Assembly: GCA_963803435.1 (NCBI GenBank)
Contig: CAWDML010000007.1
Span: forward strand, 384,001 to 448,000
Origin: an uncultured delta proteobacterium
Lineage (GTDB): Bacteria > Myxococcota > Kuafuiibacteriia > Kuafuiibacteriales > Kuafuiibacteriaceae
Direction: 5' to 3'
DNA length: 64,000 nucleotides
Shown here piece after piece: positions 19,278 to 29,320 of the stretch; within the stretch, counting starts at the first letter, position 1; the number at the start of each line of letters is the position of its first letter. The notes beneath the pieces were generated by a model, which had not been told where the DNA came from, made no database searches, and saw only the letters and a list, made by a program, of their open reading frames with translations. Position numbers and translations under genes: made by a program.

Positions 19278-19648
19278 CCGTGCGGCGGGTTCTGCTGGTC
19301 GAACATCGCGTCGACTTCAGGAAGCAGTTTGATGGTCTTCTCGCCGAGGCCTATCGGATCGAGGCGCAGCCGTATGATGGAGACTGTGTCGTCTTCATCA
19401 AGAAGGACCGCACGCAAATCCGCGCGCTGGTCGGCGACCGCTACGGGCTGTACCTCGTCCTGCGCCGCTTCGAGGGGGGACGTCTTCGTGCTCTGCTCGC
19501 GTTCGCCGAGCGGCCGGGTGCGAAGACGATCTCGACGGGCGAGCTGTCGATGCTCCTCGAGGGCTCGAGCTTTACGGTGCACAAGCGGGCCAAGGCGTGG
19601 CGGTCGATGCCGCGCGAGAATATCGAGAGCCCTCACCTTTCGCCTTGA
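19265..19648 (+). CDS. tnpB: IS66 accessory protein TnpB (Orf2)
   Basis: VDFRKQFDGL, VFIKKDRTQIRAL.GD..GLYL..RRFEGG. Confidence 0.88.
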   Translation: MLPVTVRRVLLVEHRVDFRKQFDGLLAEAYRIEAQPYDGDCVVFIKKDRTQIRALVGDRYGLYLVLRRFEGGRLRALLAFAERPGAKTISTGELSMLLEGSSFTVHKRAKAWRSMPRENIESPHLSP

Positions 19649-21549
19649 CTGCAGATCCTGACTGAGATCTGAGACTCATGATTGAGGCCGGGCGGACTCA
19701 CAGAATTGAGCGCCGAGCAACGCCGAGAGGTCGCTGCTTGGATCGAGGCAACCAGCCCGCATTTGCCTGAGCCGGTCCGAATCTTCCTCGCTCTTCACCA
19801 CCCCTACCTGGCATCGGAAGGGGATCCGCGCCGAGCGCTCGATGCGGCGATTCGCGAGCTTCGGCGCGTTCTGCGCCTCACGCCGTCGAGCGAGAAACGC
19901 CGGTCGGCCGGGTCGGCCCTCGGCAAGCTCCCCCCCGCGAGGGACGGCGCGGGCGCGACGAGCCCTCGAGTGGAGATCGAAGAGCAGATCACTCGTGGTC
20001 GCCAGCTTGCCGACTGGCACGATGGCCTGAATAACCGGCACAACAAGCGAGTCGTGCGGCTCGAGGAGAAGCTGGCGAAGATGCCCATCGAGAAGACCGA
20101 CGACGGCGCGAAGCATGACGATGATCCGATCCCCCGGCTCGAAGACATCGAGCTCACGGACGAGGAGCGCGAGAACGAGCAAGGCGGTCGCCGATCGGTT
20201 CGTCGAGCACTTGGTGCTCGGAGACGGTCCGGATCCATCGTTGGCATCTGTGAATGAGACCCTCATGCCGAGTGGAGCTGTGCTCGTGAGCGAGGAGCAC
20301 GTGTGTCTCCCGGCGGAGGTGCCGGAAGCGCTCGCTGAGGCGTGCGAGGTCAAGACGCTGTGGGATTCACGCGTGCGCTACGACTTCTCGGTCGCGGTGA
20401 CGCGCATCGAGCTCGACGTCGAGAAGAAGATCTTCGAAGACGCGAACGGGGATCGTCATGTGGTCTCCGGATCGACGAGCGAGTACGGTCCGGCCCGGTA
20501 CTCGGTCACCTGGCACGCGCTGGCGACCCTCGCAGTGCTGGTTGCGCAGTTCGCCATGCCATTCAACCGACTCAGCACCTTGTTCTCGACACCCGAGAAG
20601 CGGTTCACGGCCGGGGCGCTCAGCAGAATGCTGCACTACGTGGCTCAGCGTCTGCTCCCGATCTACCTCGAGCTGGTGAGCCAGATCGCCAACGCCGAGA
20701 TCCTCGGGGGCGACGACACGTCCTGCCGAGTGCTGGAGGTCTCGGCCCACTTCGCAAAGCAGCCCGACGGCAGCGACACGCCGTCTGACACCGTCGGCAA
20801 GCCGCCCTGGGCGGCCTACGCGACTCCGAGCGCCGCCGAGGCGAGCCTGAAGCTGTGCGAGGAAGCGAGGAGGGACCGAGTCGATCGCCGTGAAGCGGGA
20901 GACCGCACCGCCACGCGTGATCCGCAAGAAAGTCCGTCCCTGGGCGTCCTCATCGGCCGGCGTCTTCGCTTCGAATGGCCGCGCAAGAACGGCGATGGCG
21001 TCAAGGAGGCAATGCACACGACGGTGATCTCGGGACGCAGCGTCGCTGATGATCCGCGAAGCCTAATTGTCTTGTACCGAAGCCATCTCGGCAGCTGCGG
21101 CAACCTGTACGAGTCGATCCTGCAGCACCGCGACCCGAAGCTCCGAACGCTCATCCTCCAGGGCGACATGAGCACCACCAACCTCGTCACGAATCCCAAA
21201 CTCGTCGAGCGCTTCGACATCCGTCCGATCGGATGTCAACCGCACGCCCGCAGACCGTTCGCTCTCTACGAAAACGAAGACCCCGTACGATGCGGATACA
21301 TGCTGCATCTGTTTACTGGCCTGGCGATCCACGAGCAGCAACTCGGCGCTATCGGTCGTAACCGAGACAACGTGCTCGCCGTCCGAGGAAGTGAGAGCAA
21401 GAAGATCTGGAACGACATCCTCGAGCTCGCGAAGATCATGACCAAGCACTGGTCGAAGGCGACCAAGCTCGGCAACGCCGCTCGCTACATCATCAATCAC
21501 TTCGATGCGCTGACTGCGTATCTCGACGACCCCCGGCTTGAGGCGAGCA

Positions 21550-23527
21550 GTCGGGTCGGGGACCGGCGCGGTGGCGTGCAGGCTGTCCTTGGCTGTATCT
21601 GCCGTTTCCGGCTTCGTGCCCGTTTAGGACGCGCCATCGCTCCGTTTCCGGTCCCCGCCTCCTCGAACCGGACAGGCGGATTTCCCGCATCCGGCTCACC
21701 GCGAAGGTGTCGTCGCATCGGAGTTATGGGTCTGTTTCAGCCGGGGCTGCTTTCGCGCGACGGTGGTAGCGGATCTGGTAGTCGTCATAGAGACCCCAGG
21801 ATCCGTACACGATCTCGCTACTCCACCTCCTCCAGCCAAATCCCTTTCGCTTTCGTTTCTTGACCGCAAATCGCCTCACCTTGCGCTCGATGCCGGTTCG
21901 CACCGTGTCGAATTCCCGGCTCGAGTTGCCGACCCGGAAGTAGTTCGCCCACCCGCGGATGATCGGGTTCACGCGCGCAACTGCCTGCTGCACCGAAAGG
22001 TGCCCGCTGTTGCGCAACGTGTCTCGGACCTTCCGCAGGATCTCGACGACCTTCTTCCTTCGCGGGCTCGTGTGCGCGTACCCCTTTCGGATCGTCGGGT
22101 TCGGTTGCCACCGAATCTCGAATCCGAGGAAAGCAAACGAACTCCCGGGCTCGGTGAGCGTCACCGTCCGAGTCTTCTCCGCGTTCAACGACACGCCGAT
22201 CGCTTCCGACTCCTTGCGGATGCGCTCGAGCGCTCGCTCGGCCCAACGTCGCCCCTTCTTCGAGTCGTACGTCAGGACGACCATGTCGTCGAGGTAGCGC
22301 ACATACGTGAGGTAGCCTGTTCCTCGATCGAGGATATGGTCCAGGTCGTTCAGTGCCACGTTCGCTAGGAGTGGGGACAGGGGCGATCCTTGCGGAATGC
22401 CTTTTCCCCCGGTGCTCTTCAGGAACTGCTTGATGAGTCCGAGGACCCGGTCGTCTTGGATCCTGCGGGCCAGCTTCGCGAGCATTCGGTCGTGCCGGAT
22501 GTCATCGAAGAAGCTCCGCAGATCCACCTCGACGACGAGATGCTTCTTCCACATCAAGCCGTTGCGCACCTCTCCGATGGCGTCGTGGGCAGACCGACCT
22601 GGCCTCGCCCCATAGGAGTGTCTCGAGAAGTCGGCCTCGAAGATCGGTTCCAGTATCAATCTCAGCGCGCCTTGGACCACCCGATCTCGAATCGCGGGGA
22701 TTGAGATCGTACGGACTTTGCCACCCTCCTTTGGAATCTCTCTTCGTCGATACGGTCGGGGCCTGTACGTCCCAGCTCGTAGTTCCGCGGCGAGCTCCGA
22801 GAGGAACTCGCCGCGGCCGTGCCCCTCGATCATCTCGAACGTCTCTCCGTCGCCTCCGGGAGTTCCGCGGTTCCGCTTCGCCTCCAGGTACGCGGCCTCG
22901 AGCGTCGCGAGCTTGATGAGGTGCACGTACAGGCCCCAGAATCTATGCTCTGGGGCAGACTTCGCCCGATGGCCTATCCGTCGTTGAAGCTCCTGCGTTG
23001 GTATCGTGGGCTTTATCATCCCGCGCGCCTCGCCTCTCATTCGGAGTACCTCCGGTAGGGTCCCTTTGCTCGGCGGGCATTACCCCGCGTCATCGCTCCT
23101 ACGAACCCATCCGCCAGGCTCTCGCCTTCACCGCACTTCGCCTCGCGGCTCGCACGGCTACCTTGCTTCCGCCGGATTTCTCGGCGGGGCGAGGAGCCCT
23201 TCCCTGTTTCAACCCATGGCCTTGTGCGCGTGCCGTCGCCTTTACCCCGCCGAGTGGCCGTGCCCCCTGGTCGGGTCGGGCACGGTCTGCTGCTTTCGCC
23301 AATATTGTGCAGGCTCAGCACTCGGGACCTTCTTCTTTCGGGGCCTCAACCGGTCGTTCATCACGTCGTTACGGCCCGCGCACTCGCTCACCCCGCCCAG
23401 CGAGGCTTTGTCGGTGGGCTTCGCCGTCGGGATCTCCCCTTCCGGCGCCACCCAAGCTCTGCGGCTTCGACCTTTTACCGCTTCGAGACTTTCACTCTAT
23501 GGATCCATGGGTACCTCCAGGCATCAC
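21550..23527 (-). mobile_element. Group II intron, antisense to IS66 tnpC
   Basis: Domain V GAGCCGGATGCGGGAAATCCGCCTGTCCGGTTC (21665-21697), long domain VI with bulged A, 3' end ...CCCGAC; RT ORF inside; 5' end GTGATG (23527) or GTGTG (23529). Confidence 0.9.
21724..23019 (-). CDS. ltrA: Group II intron reverse transcriptase/maturase, no endonuclease domain
   Basis: PGGDG, IPKEGGKVRTISIPAIRDRVVQ, SYGARPGRS, GIPQGSPLSPLLAN, YVRYLDD, FLGF, NPIIRGWANYF. Confidence 0.93.
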   Translation of the reverse strand: MIKPTIPTQELQRRIGHRAKSAPEHRFWGLYVHLIKLATLEAAYLEAKRNRGTPGGDGETFEMIEGHGRGEFLSELAAELRAGTYRPRPYRRREIPKEGGKVRTISIPAIRDRVVQGALRLILEPIFEADFSRHSYGARPGRSAHDAIGEVRNGLMWKKHLVVEVDLRSFFDDIRHDRMLAKLARRIQDDRVLGLIKQFLKSTGGKGIPQGSPLSPLLANVALNDLDHILDRGTGYLTYVRYLDDMVVLTYDSKKGRRWAERALERIRKESEAIGVSLNAEKTRTVTLTEPGSSFAFLGFEIRWQPNPTIRKGYAHTSPRRKKVVEILRKVRDTLRNSGHLSVQQAVARVNPIIRGWANYFRVGNSSREFDTVRTGIERKVRRFAVKKRKRKGFGWRRWSSEIVYGSWGLYDDYQIRYHRRAKAAPAETDP

Positions 23528-24091
23528 ACAATCAGCGAGAGCGCATGCTCCGGATGGAGAAGCTGATCGAGTCGAGCTCGATGTTTCGGCGCAGCCTCGA
23601 AGGCCGCTTCGTTCTCGATGTGGTCCGAACGATCCTCCAGACCGCAGTCGCTGCTGGCGTCCCTGTGCACGAGTACCTCGTGTCCGTGCTACGCGCGAAC
23701 AAGGACGACGTCGCTGCGAACCCGCACCTGTTTACTCCGCTCGCCTGGGCGACGAACGACTCCGCTCCCGAGCCTGCGGCGACCTCCTCATAGCCGACAG
23801 TCGGCGTCGATCTCCGAGATCGGCGTCGCTCCCCGCGCTCCATCTCTCGTCGGCAAGGCAACAAGCAGCGCTCTCACATCGCCGCGCCCGACGGTCCTCG
23901 AGGCTCCACGCCTACCGCAAGTTAGCTTGCGCTCGAGCGATCCCGGCCATCACGATGTTGGATGCGACCTCCATCGACTCGAGCCCCACCAACGCGCGGC
24001 GAGTCCGGAGCTCGACTGTCGTCCCCGCCGTGCCCCAGCGCGGCACGGGAAACACCTGGAATCGGGTGGGGCCTCTCGATGCACTGGTTAC

Positions 24092-24394
24092 CAACAATCA
24101 AATCGATGCCCACATCGCTGTTGGACCCGAACAGAACCAAGACGCGTCGACTCCGTCCTCATCAGCTTCGGAGCCCACACCTGCCTCCTCGCTCGCAAGC
24201 GAATGCGAGACAAGTTGCAAACGCGCGACGGCAAGGCGGTCTACGCCCGCAGGAAGAGTATCGTCGAACCGGCGCTCGGACAGATCAAAGGGGCACGAGG
24301 ATTCCGCCGGTTCTCGCTCCGCTCCTTCTTCAAGGTACGAGCCGAGTGGACGCTCGTCTGCCTCACCCACAACCTGCTCAAGCTCCGCTCCTAG
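24092..24394 (+). pseudogene. IS1182 transposase, 3' part
   Basis: Continues ..NNQIDAHIAVG, then after a frameshift MRDKLQT.DGKAVYARRKSIVEPALGQIK.ARGFRRFSLR...HNLLKL. Confidence 0.88.
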
Positions 24395-24429
24395 ACCCAC
24401 GCGCTTCGCGGCGCGCACCTCATCGCGGC

Positions 24430-25821
24430 TCAGGGATCGTCGCAGTAGTAACCGGTGGTCGGATCGACGAAGCGGCAGACCTGGCCCATGGCGGCACAGT
24501 CGACGCGCTGTCGCTCGTGGTCCTCGCACCACTCGGAGACGTCCCCGAGGCAATGGCCCTGATAGTCGAGCTCGCCGCAATCGAGCGGATCCGGGTCGCA
24601 GTCGGAGCCGATGCGTTCACCGAGGAAGAGGCAGTGCTCGCCGCAGGCCTCGCAGTCGCGCTCGTAGATCACGCCGCGGTCACACCAGCGAGCCACCTCG
24701 CCGTTGCAGGTGCCGAAGTGCGCGAGGCCCTCGCAGGGATCGCCGGCGAGCGGCATACAGCGCCAGCCCGCCGCGGACCATCCGCAGCCCTCTCCGTTCG
24801 CGCAGTCGTTCGTGACCAGCTCTCCTCCTTCGCAGTGGCTCTCAGTGCTCCCGCTGTTCTTGCAGAGCCCCTCAGAGGTGACCATGCCGCACGGGATGGG
24901 GCCGGCGCCGGGCGTCGGTCCGGTGACGTTCTCGATCCAGGATCGCTGCGCGTCGGTCCGGATGTAGTCGTCCTGGTGCGCGCACTCTGCATCGCCCTCG
25001 CTGAGATCGCCGAGCACCCGGGCGTCGCCTTCGGGTGCCACGATCATCGAAGGCCCGCCCGAGTCACCGTAGCAGACGCCTTGCATGCCCATGCCGTCGA
25101 CGGTGAAGGAGGACGCGCGGACCGACGCGAGGACCTCGGTGACGAAAAAGCGGCCGTGGGTGGTGCTCTCGGTGTCTCCAAACCCGGCTTGCTCGAGGAA
25201 GATGCCCTCATCGGCGCCGCTCAACATGCCGAGGTAAATCGGGATCGGCTGCACCGCGATCTGCGTCGAGGGATCGATCGCCAGCGTCAGGAGCGTCATG
25301 TCGCGCGTCGGATGCTCGAGCTTCGCCGCCACGTTCACGGTCAGATCCGGGTTGAGGTCGTCCTCGCCGAAGAAGACGCGCAGCGCGCTCGGATCTTCGC
25401 CCATGGTGCAGTGGGTCGCGGTCAGCACCGTACTCTCGGCGATCAGCGTTCCCGAGCACCACGCGCCGCCCGTGGCGTACCCGAGCCCGACGACCGCGTT
25501 CACCTGGGCGGGCGAGAGGGGCACCACCGTGGGTTGCCGCGTCCCGTTGATGACATTGGAGCGCGCTGGAGCCGGCGGCTTCCTCGGCCCGTCCTCGCAG
25601 ATACCGCCCGCGTCGGGCGTCGCGCCGTCGGGCGTCGAGGCGTCGAGGCGTCCGGCGTCCGGGGTGGTGGACGCGTCGTTCGAGCCGACCTCGGCGTCCT
25701 TACCGGGACTCGCACCACCGTCGGCCAGCGCCACCGACGCGTCCCGCGGCGTGGTGGGGGGGCTTCGCTTCGGGGCGGAGCAGCCGGCGGCGATGAGGGC
25801 GAGGACGATGAGGCGGCGCAT
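24430..25821 (-). CDS. Trypsin-like (S1) serine protease lipoprotein with Cys-rich C-terminal repeats
   Basis: Lipobox AAGC; VING, CSGTLI, TATHC, CYGDSGGP. Confidence 0.92.
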   Translation of the reverse strand: MRRLIVLALIAAGCSAPKRSPPTTPRDASVALADGGASPGKDAEVGSNDASTTPDAGRLDASTPDGATPDAGGICEDGPRKPPAPARSNVINGTRQPTVVPLSPAQVNAVVGLGYATGGAWCSGTLIAESTVLTATHCTMGEDPSALRVFFGEDDLNPDLTVNVAAKLEHPTRDMTLLTLAIDPSTQIAVQPIPIYLGMLSGADEGIFLEQAGFGDTESTTHGRFFVTEVLASVRASSFTVDGMGMQGVCYGDSGGPSMIVAPEGDARVLGDLSEGDAECAHQDDYIRTDAQRSWIENVTGPTPGAGPIPCGMVTSEGLCKNSGSTESHCEGGELVTNDCANGEGCGWSAAGWRCMPLAGDPCEGLAHFGTCNGEVARWCDRGVIYERDCEACGEHCLFLGERIGSDCDPDPLDCGELDYQGHCLGDVSEWCEDHERQRVDCAAMGQVCRFVDPTTGYYCDDP

Positions 25822-25890
25822 CCGACCCGATATGTAGCTCATCCGATTACATTAGCCGCTAGGATGATCGGCTGAGGCGACGCCGGGGGC

Positions 25891-26823
25891 TCACGCGGTC
25901 TTCGAGCCGTAGTCCATGCCCGGCACCAGATAGCCGCGGGTGAAGCGGCCGTTCGCGTTGCCGATCTTGACGCCGTACGCGCTCCCCATCGCCTCGATGG
26001 TGCGCCCGTCGCCCAGGCTGATGGCGACGTGCCCGTCCTTGTAGAGCAGCGCTCCCGGGGTGTTGATCGCCTCCTGAAGGCTGATCTGCGCGCCCTTCTG
26101 CTGGAGGTACGGCTCCTGGTTCATGGTGCCGTCGGGAATGTTGATGCCCGCCTGGGCGCACGCCCACTGGACGAGCTCGGAGCAGTCGAAGGTGTCGGGG
26201 TTCGGATCGTTGAGGTCGACCTCGTGGCCGAACACGTACTTGTCGCCGTCCTGCGCCAGCGCCGCCTTGAGGAAGTCGCCGACCGTGCCCTTGCCCGTCG
26301 GCATGTTGCTCAGGTCGGGGTGCTCGCCGGTCGGGGCACCGGTCCCGCCGCCGCCCGAGCTCGACATGCCGCCCCACGTCTTCGGGCTCACCGAGCGCGT
26401 GTTGGAGAAGGTGGAGTGCGCGAGGTTGCCCAGCGTCTGGCCGCCACGCTTGTCCTGCTGCTGGAGCGCCCACATGATGAGCATCGCCATCAGATCGTCG
26501 CCGCCGAGGCCGTTCGGATCTTGCAGGCCGGCCTGCTTCGCATCGTCGAGGGCCGGGAGCCCCATCCGCTGCCTGATCTCGTTGAGCTGCTGAAGGAGCT
26601 TGGGATCGCCCTCAAGCTCGATCTGCATCTCCTTGAAGAACGGCGCGAGATCGCCCTCGCTGATGCCGGTCTCCCGGGAGAAGTCGTCCAGTCCGAACTG
26701 CTCGGCCTGCGAACCCTGGCTGGTCGCCGGAGTCGGGTTCGCGTTGGGAGTGAAGAACCCGCCCTGGAGGAGTGCCTGAAGATCGAGCTGTCTGCGGTCA
26801 GAGACGAGACCCAAATACGCCAT
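25891..26823 (-). CDS. NlpC/P60 cell-wall peptidase with unannotated N-terminal region (paralog A)
   Basis: KYVFG, FDCSELVQWA, GHVAISLGDGRTIEAMG; no Sec signal evident. Confidence 0.88.
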   Translation of the reverse strand: MAYLGLVSDRRQLDLQALLQGGFFTPNANPTPATSQGSQAEQFGLDDFSRETGISEGDLAPFFKEMQIELEGDPKLLQQLNEIRQRMGLPALDDAKQAGLQDPNGLGGDDLMAMLIMWALQQQDKRGGQTLGNLAHSTFSNTRSVSPKTWGGMSSSGGGGTGAPTGEHPDLSNMPTGKGTVGDFLKAALAQDGDKYVFGHEVDLNDPNPDTFDCSELVQWACAQAGINIPDGTMNQEPYLQQKGAQISLQEAINTPGALLYKDGHVAISLGDGRTIEAMGSAYGVKIGNANGRFTRGYLVPGMDYGSKTA

Positions 26824-26858
26824 GCCCGGCCATGATGCAGCACGGTCCAGCCACGGTG

Positions 26859-26881
26859 CAGTTACCCGGGGAATGTAAGCG
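26859..26881 (-). promoter_or_regulatory. Palindromic operator CGCTTAC-N9-GTAACTG upstream of NlpC/P60 A
   Basis: Same 14 specified bases as the site upstream of paralog B; centre 47 bp from ATG. Confidence 0.65.
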
Positions 26882-26904
26882 AAGCGCGCCAGGTCACAGG
26901 CTGC

Positions 26905-27246
26905 TCATCGCAGGAGCGACCGGATCGCCTGCTCGTCGTGGCCGACGACCACCCTCCCCTCCTCGAGGAAGATCGGCCGGCGGATCAGGTTGTTGTCGTC
27001 GAGAACGGCGGCGATGAACGCGGCCTTTCCCGGCGGCGCCGCCTTCCAGTTCTCCGCTTTGGCGCGGGCGTGGCGGGTGTTGATCACATCGGCGACCGAG
27101 ACCACGGCGAGGATCTCCTCGAGCTCGGCACGGGTCAGCGGTGTCTTGGCGTAGTTTCGCTCCTCGATCGTATCGTCGAGTTGGCGCGCGAGACCTCGCG
27201 CGTTCCTGCAGCTCGTTCAGGTGCTCTTCCAGAACAGCTTGGCCAT
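26905..27246 (-). CDS. ArsC/Spx-family thioredoxin-fold selenoprotein (UxxC)
   Basis: MAKLFWKST-TGA-TSCRNAR continues in frame into ERNYAKTPLT.AEL...LIRRP; TGA (27217-27219) occupies the first Cys of CxxC; SECIS-like hairpin follows. Confidence 0.85.
27185..27202 (-). other. Bacterial SECIS-like hairpin
   Basis: CGCGCGA-GGUC-UCGCGCG with loop 21 nt after UGA; apical AGGUCU as in the E. coli fdhF SECIS. Confidence 0.75.
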
Positions 27247-27360
27247 GACCGTGCTTAGCGCGAACCGCCCGGACAAGCCAGCGGCTCGTCTGGAGCGGCG
27301 CCTCCTCGTTCGTTGACCGGCGCGCGGACTTCGTACGAGCGTGCTCGACGGAGCAGCCTC

Positions 27361-29171
27361 ATGGAGACCGAACACGCCGACCTCGAAACCATCGCCCGCA
27401 TCCGCGCGCTCGCGGCGGCGGACTTCCATCCGGAGCGCTGGCGCGAGCTCTGCGAGCGCCTGGCGGAGCTTCCCCCGGCGCCGGAGGTGGCGGGTCTCAT
27501 CGAGGAGATCGAGCCGCTCCTGAAGGACTGGCCGGATGAGTGGCGCGCCACGATGTGCGGGCTCAGCTGGGACGAGAGGATGATGCGCGGCGAGCTCAAT
27601 CCGCGGCATCGCATCGTTCGTTATCTCCGCTACGACTCGGTCTTCATCGGTCGGTACGGGAGCATCATGGTGCGCTCGCCGGACGTGGTCGGTTCGAGAA
27701 TGGGTGGGCTCCGAGGTTCGCGGGCGCTCGCGCACGTCAAGCGGCTCAACCTCAAGGGACAGCGCCGACTCGGTGATGAAGGCGCCGACGCGATGGCGAA
27801 CGCGGAGATGCCTCGGCTCGAGCGGTTGGATCTCTCGGGCTGCGGGCTGAGCGCGGTGGGAGTGGGCGCGATCGCGGGGGCGCCGTGGGCACGACAGATC
27901 GTCGAGCTCGCCCTCGAAGGACTGCATGATCCGGAGGCGGTGGCCGTCCTGGCGGGTGCGTTTCCACGCCTCTCCTCGCTCAGCCTTCAGGACTGCGCGA
28001 TCGACGAGGCTGCCGCCGAGCGGCTGGCGGGCGCACCCTGGACGGAGCTCGTCCGGCTCGACGTGGGCGGTGGCCTCCGCACCGGCGCCGTGCTGGAGAG
28101 GCTTGCGCGGGCCGCACCCGCCGTCCGCGACCTTCGACTTCGTGACGCCTCGCTCGACGCGCCTGCGATCGAAGCGCTCAGCGGGTTCGGTCGGCTCGAC
28201 GCGCTCAATCTGGCCGGGGGAATGGAGTGGTCGAGCGAATCCAAGCGCTACGTCTCGAAGACCGCGCTGACGTTCGATCGAGCGACGCTGGAGCAGATCG
28301 GCGTGGCCTGGGCGCGGGTGCGTGGGCTCGGCCTCGAGCGTCGCGGGATCGACGCCGACGCCGTACGAGGATGGAGTCGAGCCGCCTCGAATCCGGCGGA
28401 GCTGCGGATCGACCACAACCCGATCGGCCAGCAGGGGCTGGACGCGATCCTGTCGAACCCCGACCTGCGAGCACTCTCGGCGGGCTTCATCGGGACGGTC
28501 GAGCGGGTGAAGGGTCGCGGGCTCCACGAGAATCGAACAGCTCACCCTGGAATCGGCTGCGCTCTCGACCGAGACCTGGGAGGCGCTCGGCACGCGCCTG
28601 CGGGTCCTTCGGTTGAGAGCGTGCGGGCTCGACGCCCGCTCCGTCGCCGCCCTCGCGCACGGCGGAAGGCTGCAGGGCCTCGAGGTGCTCAATCTGTCGT
28701 CCAACCCCATCGGCACCGAGGGCGTCGCCGAGCTCAGGGCGTGCTCATCGCTCCGTGAGCTGTCGCTCGGAGAGATCGGTCTCGACGTCCAGACGCCGGT
28801 CACCACCGGAGACGCGCTCGTGGAGATCGGTTCGGCCGGGATCGCGCCCGCGATCCTGAGGCTTCACGGCGCGGGCCTCGAGGACGACGCCCTCCTCCGC
28901 CTGCTGGAGAGCGGCCTCTTGCGACGGATCGAGACCCTCCACCTCCCTCACAATCAGATCGGTGCGCGCGGCGCGGCCAGACTGGTCGAGCTCCAGCTCG
29001 AGGTGCTCGAATCTCAGCCACAACGCTCTCGCCGACGACGACGTGGCGGGAGCGCTCCTCGATCGTGCCCGGCGCGGCGGCGAGTGGATGTCCGTTTGCC
29101 TCGAAGGCAACCCAATCTCGGAGGTCGTGCAGGCGCGCCTGAAGCGCCAGCCTGCGCGCTGCTGTCCCTAG
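27361..29171 (+). CDS. Leucine-rich repeat protein (RI-like/GALA-like), two apparent frameshifts (~28510, ~29010)
   Basis: LxxLxLxxNxIG repeats continue across ORFs 27313, 28613 and 28962. Confidence 0.75.
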
Positions 29172-29320
29172 CACGCACCGGCTCATCCGAGCGCGCACAC
29201 ACGCACGAGCGATCGGCGGTGTGGGTCGCCTGCACGGTCGCCGCTTCGGAGCCATCGGCAGACGGCGTCTCGAGTGCAAGCAGTTGACGACATCCCGCGG
29301 CGGCCCGTCTCTGGGCGACC

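Larger units (their letters stand above)
19682..23793 (+). pseudogene. tnpC: IS66 transposase TnpC, frameshifted near 20180 and interrupted by a group II intron (21550-23527)
   Basis: SSEK, GDDT, CQPHARRPF, LGNAARYIINHFDALTAYLDDPRLEAS|NNQRERMLR after joining the exons. Confidence 0.85.
18745..24091 (+). mobile_element. IS66-family element with 8-bp target-site duplication
   Basis: IRL GTAAGCAGTGCAT, IRR (reverse complement) GTAACCAGTGCAT; CAACAATC at 18737-18744 and 24092-24099; tnpA-tnpB-tnpC order. Confidence 0.92.
17160..24390 (+). mobile_element. IS1182-family element (decayed) containing a nested IS66; left boundary tentative
   Basis: CTAG at 17156-17159 and 24391-24394 with short inverted ends (CTAGGAGCG...CGCTCCTAG); transposase halves on both sides of IS66. 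Confidence 0.6.

Noticed and set aside
19265-19648. RNA-guided TnpB nuclease
   Set aside because: This is the 127-aa IS66 accessory TnpB, unrelated to IS200/IS605 TnpB; no RuvC motifs.
17230-23019. Diversity-generating retroelement (Avd-like four-helix bundle near an RT)
   Set aside because: The RT sits within a clear group II intron (domains V/VI, PQG motif), no TR/VR pair was seen, and the two genes belong to different nested layers.
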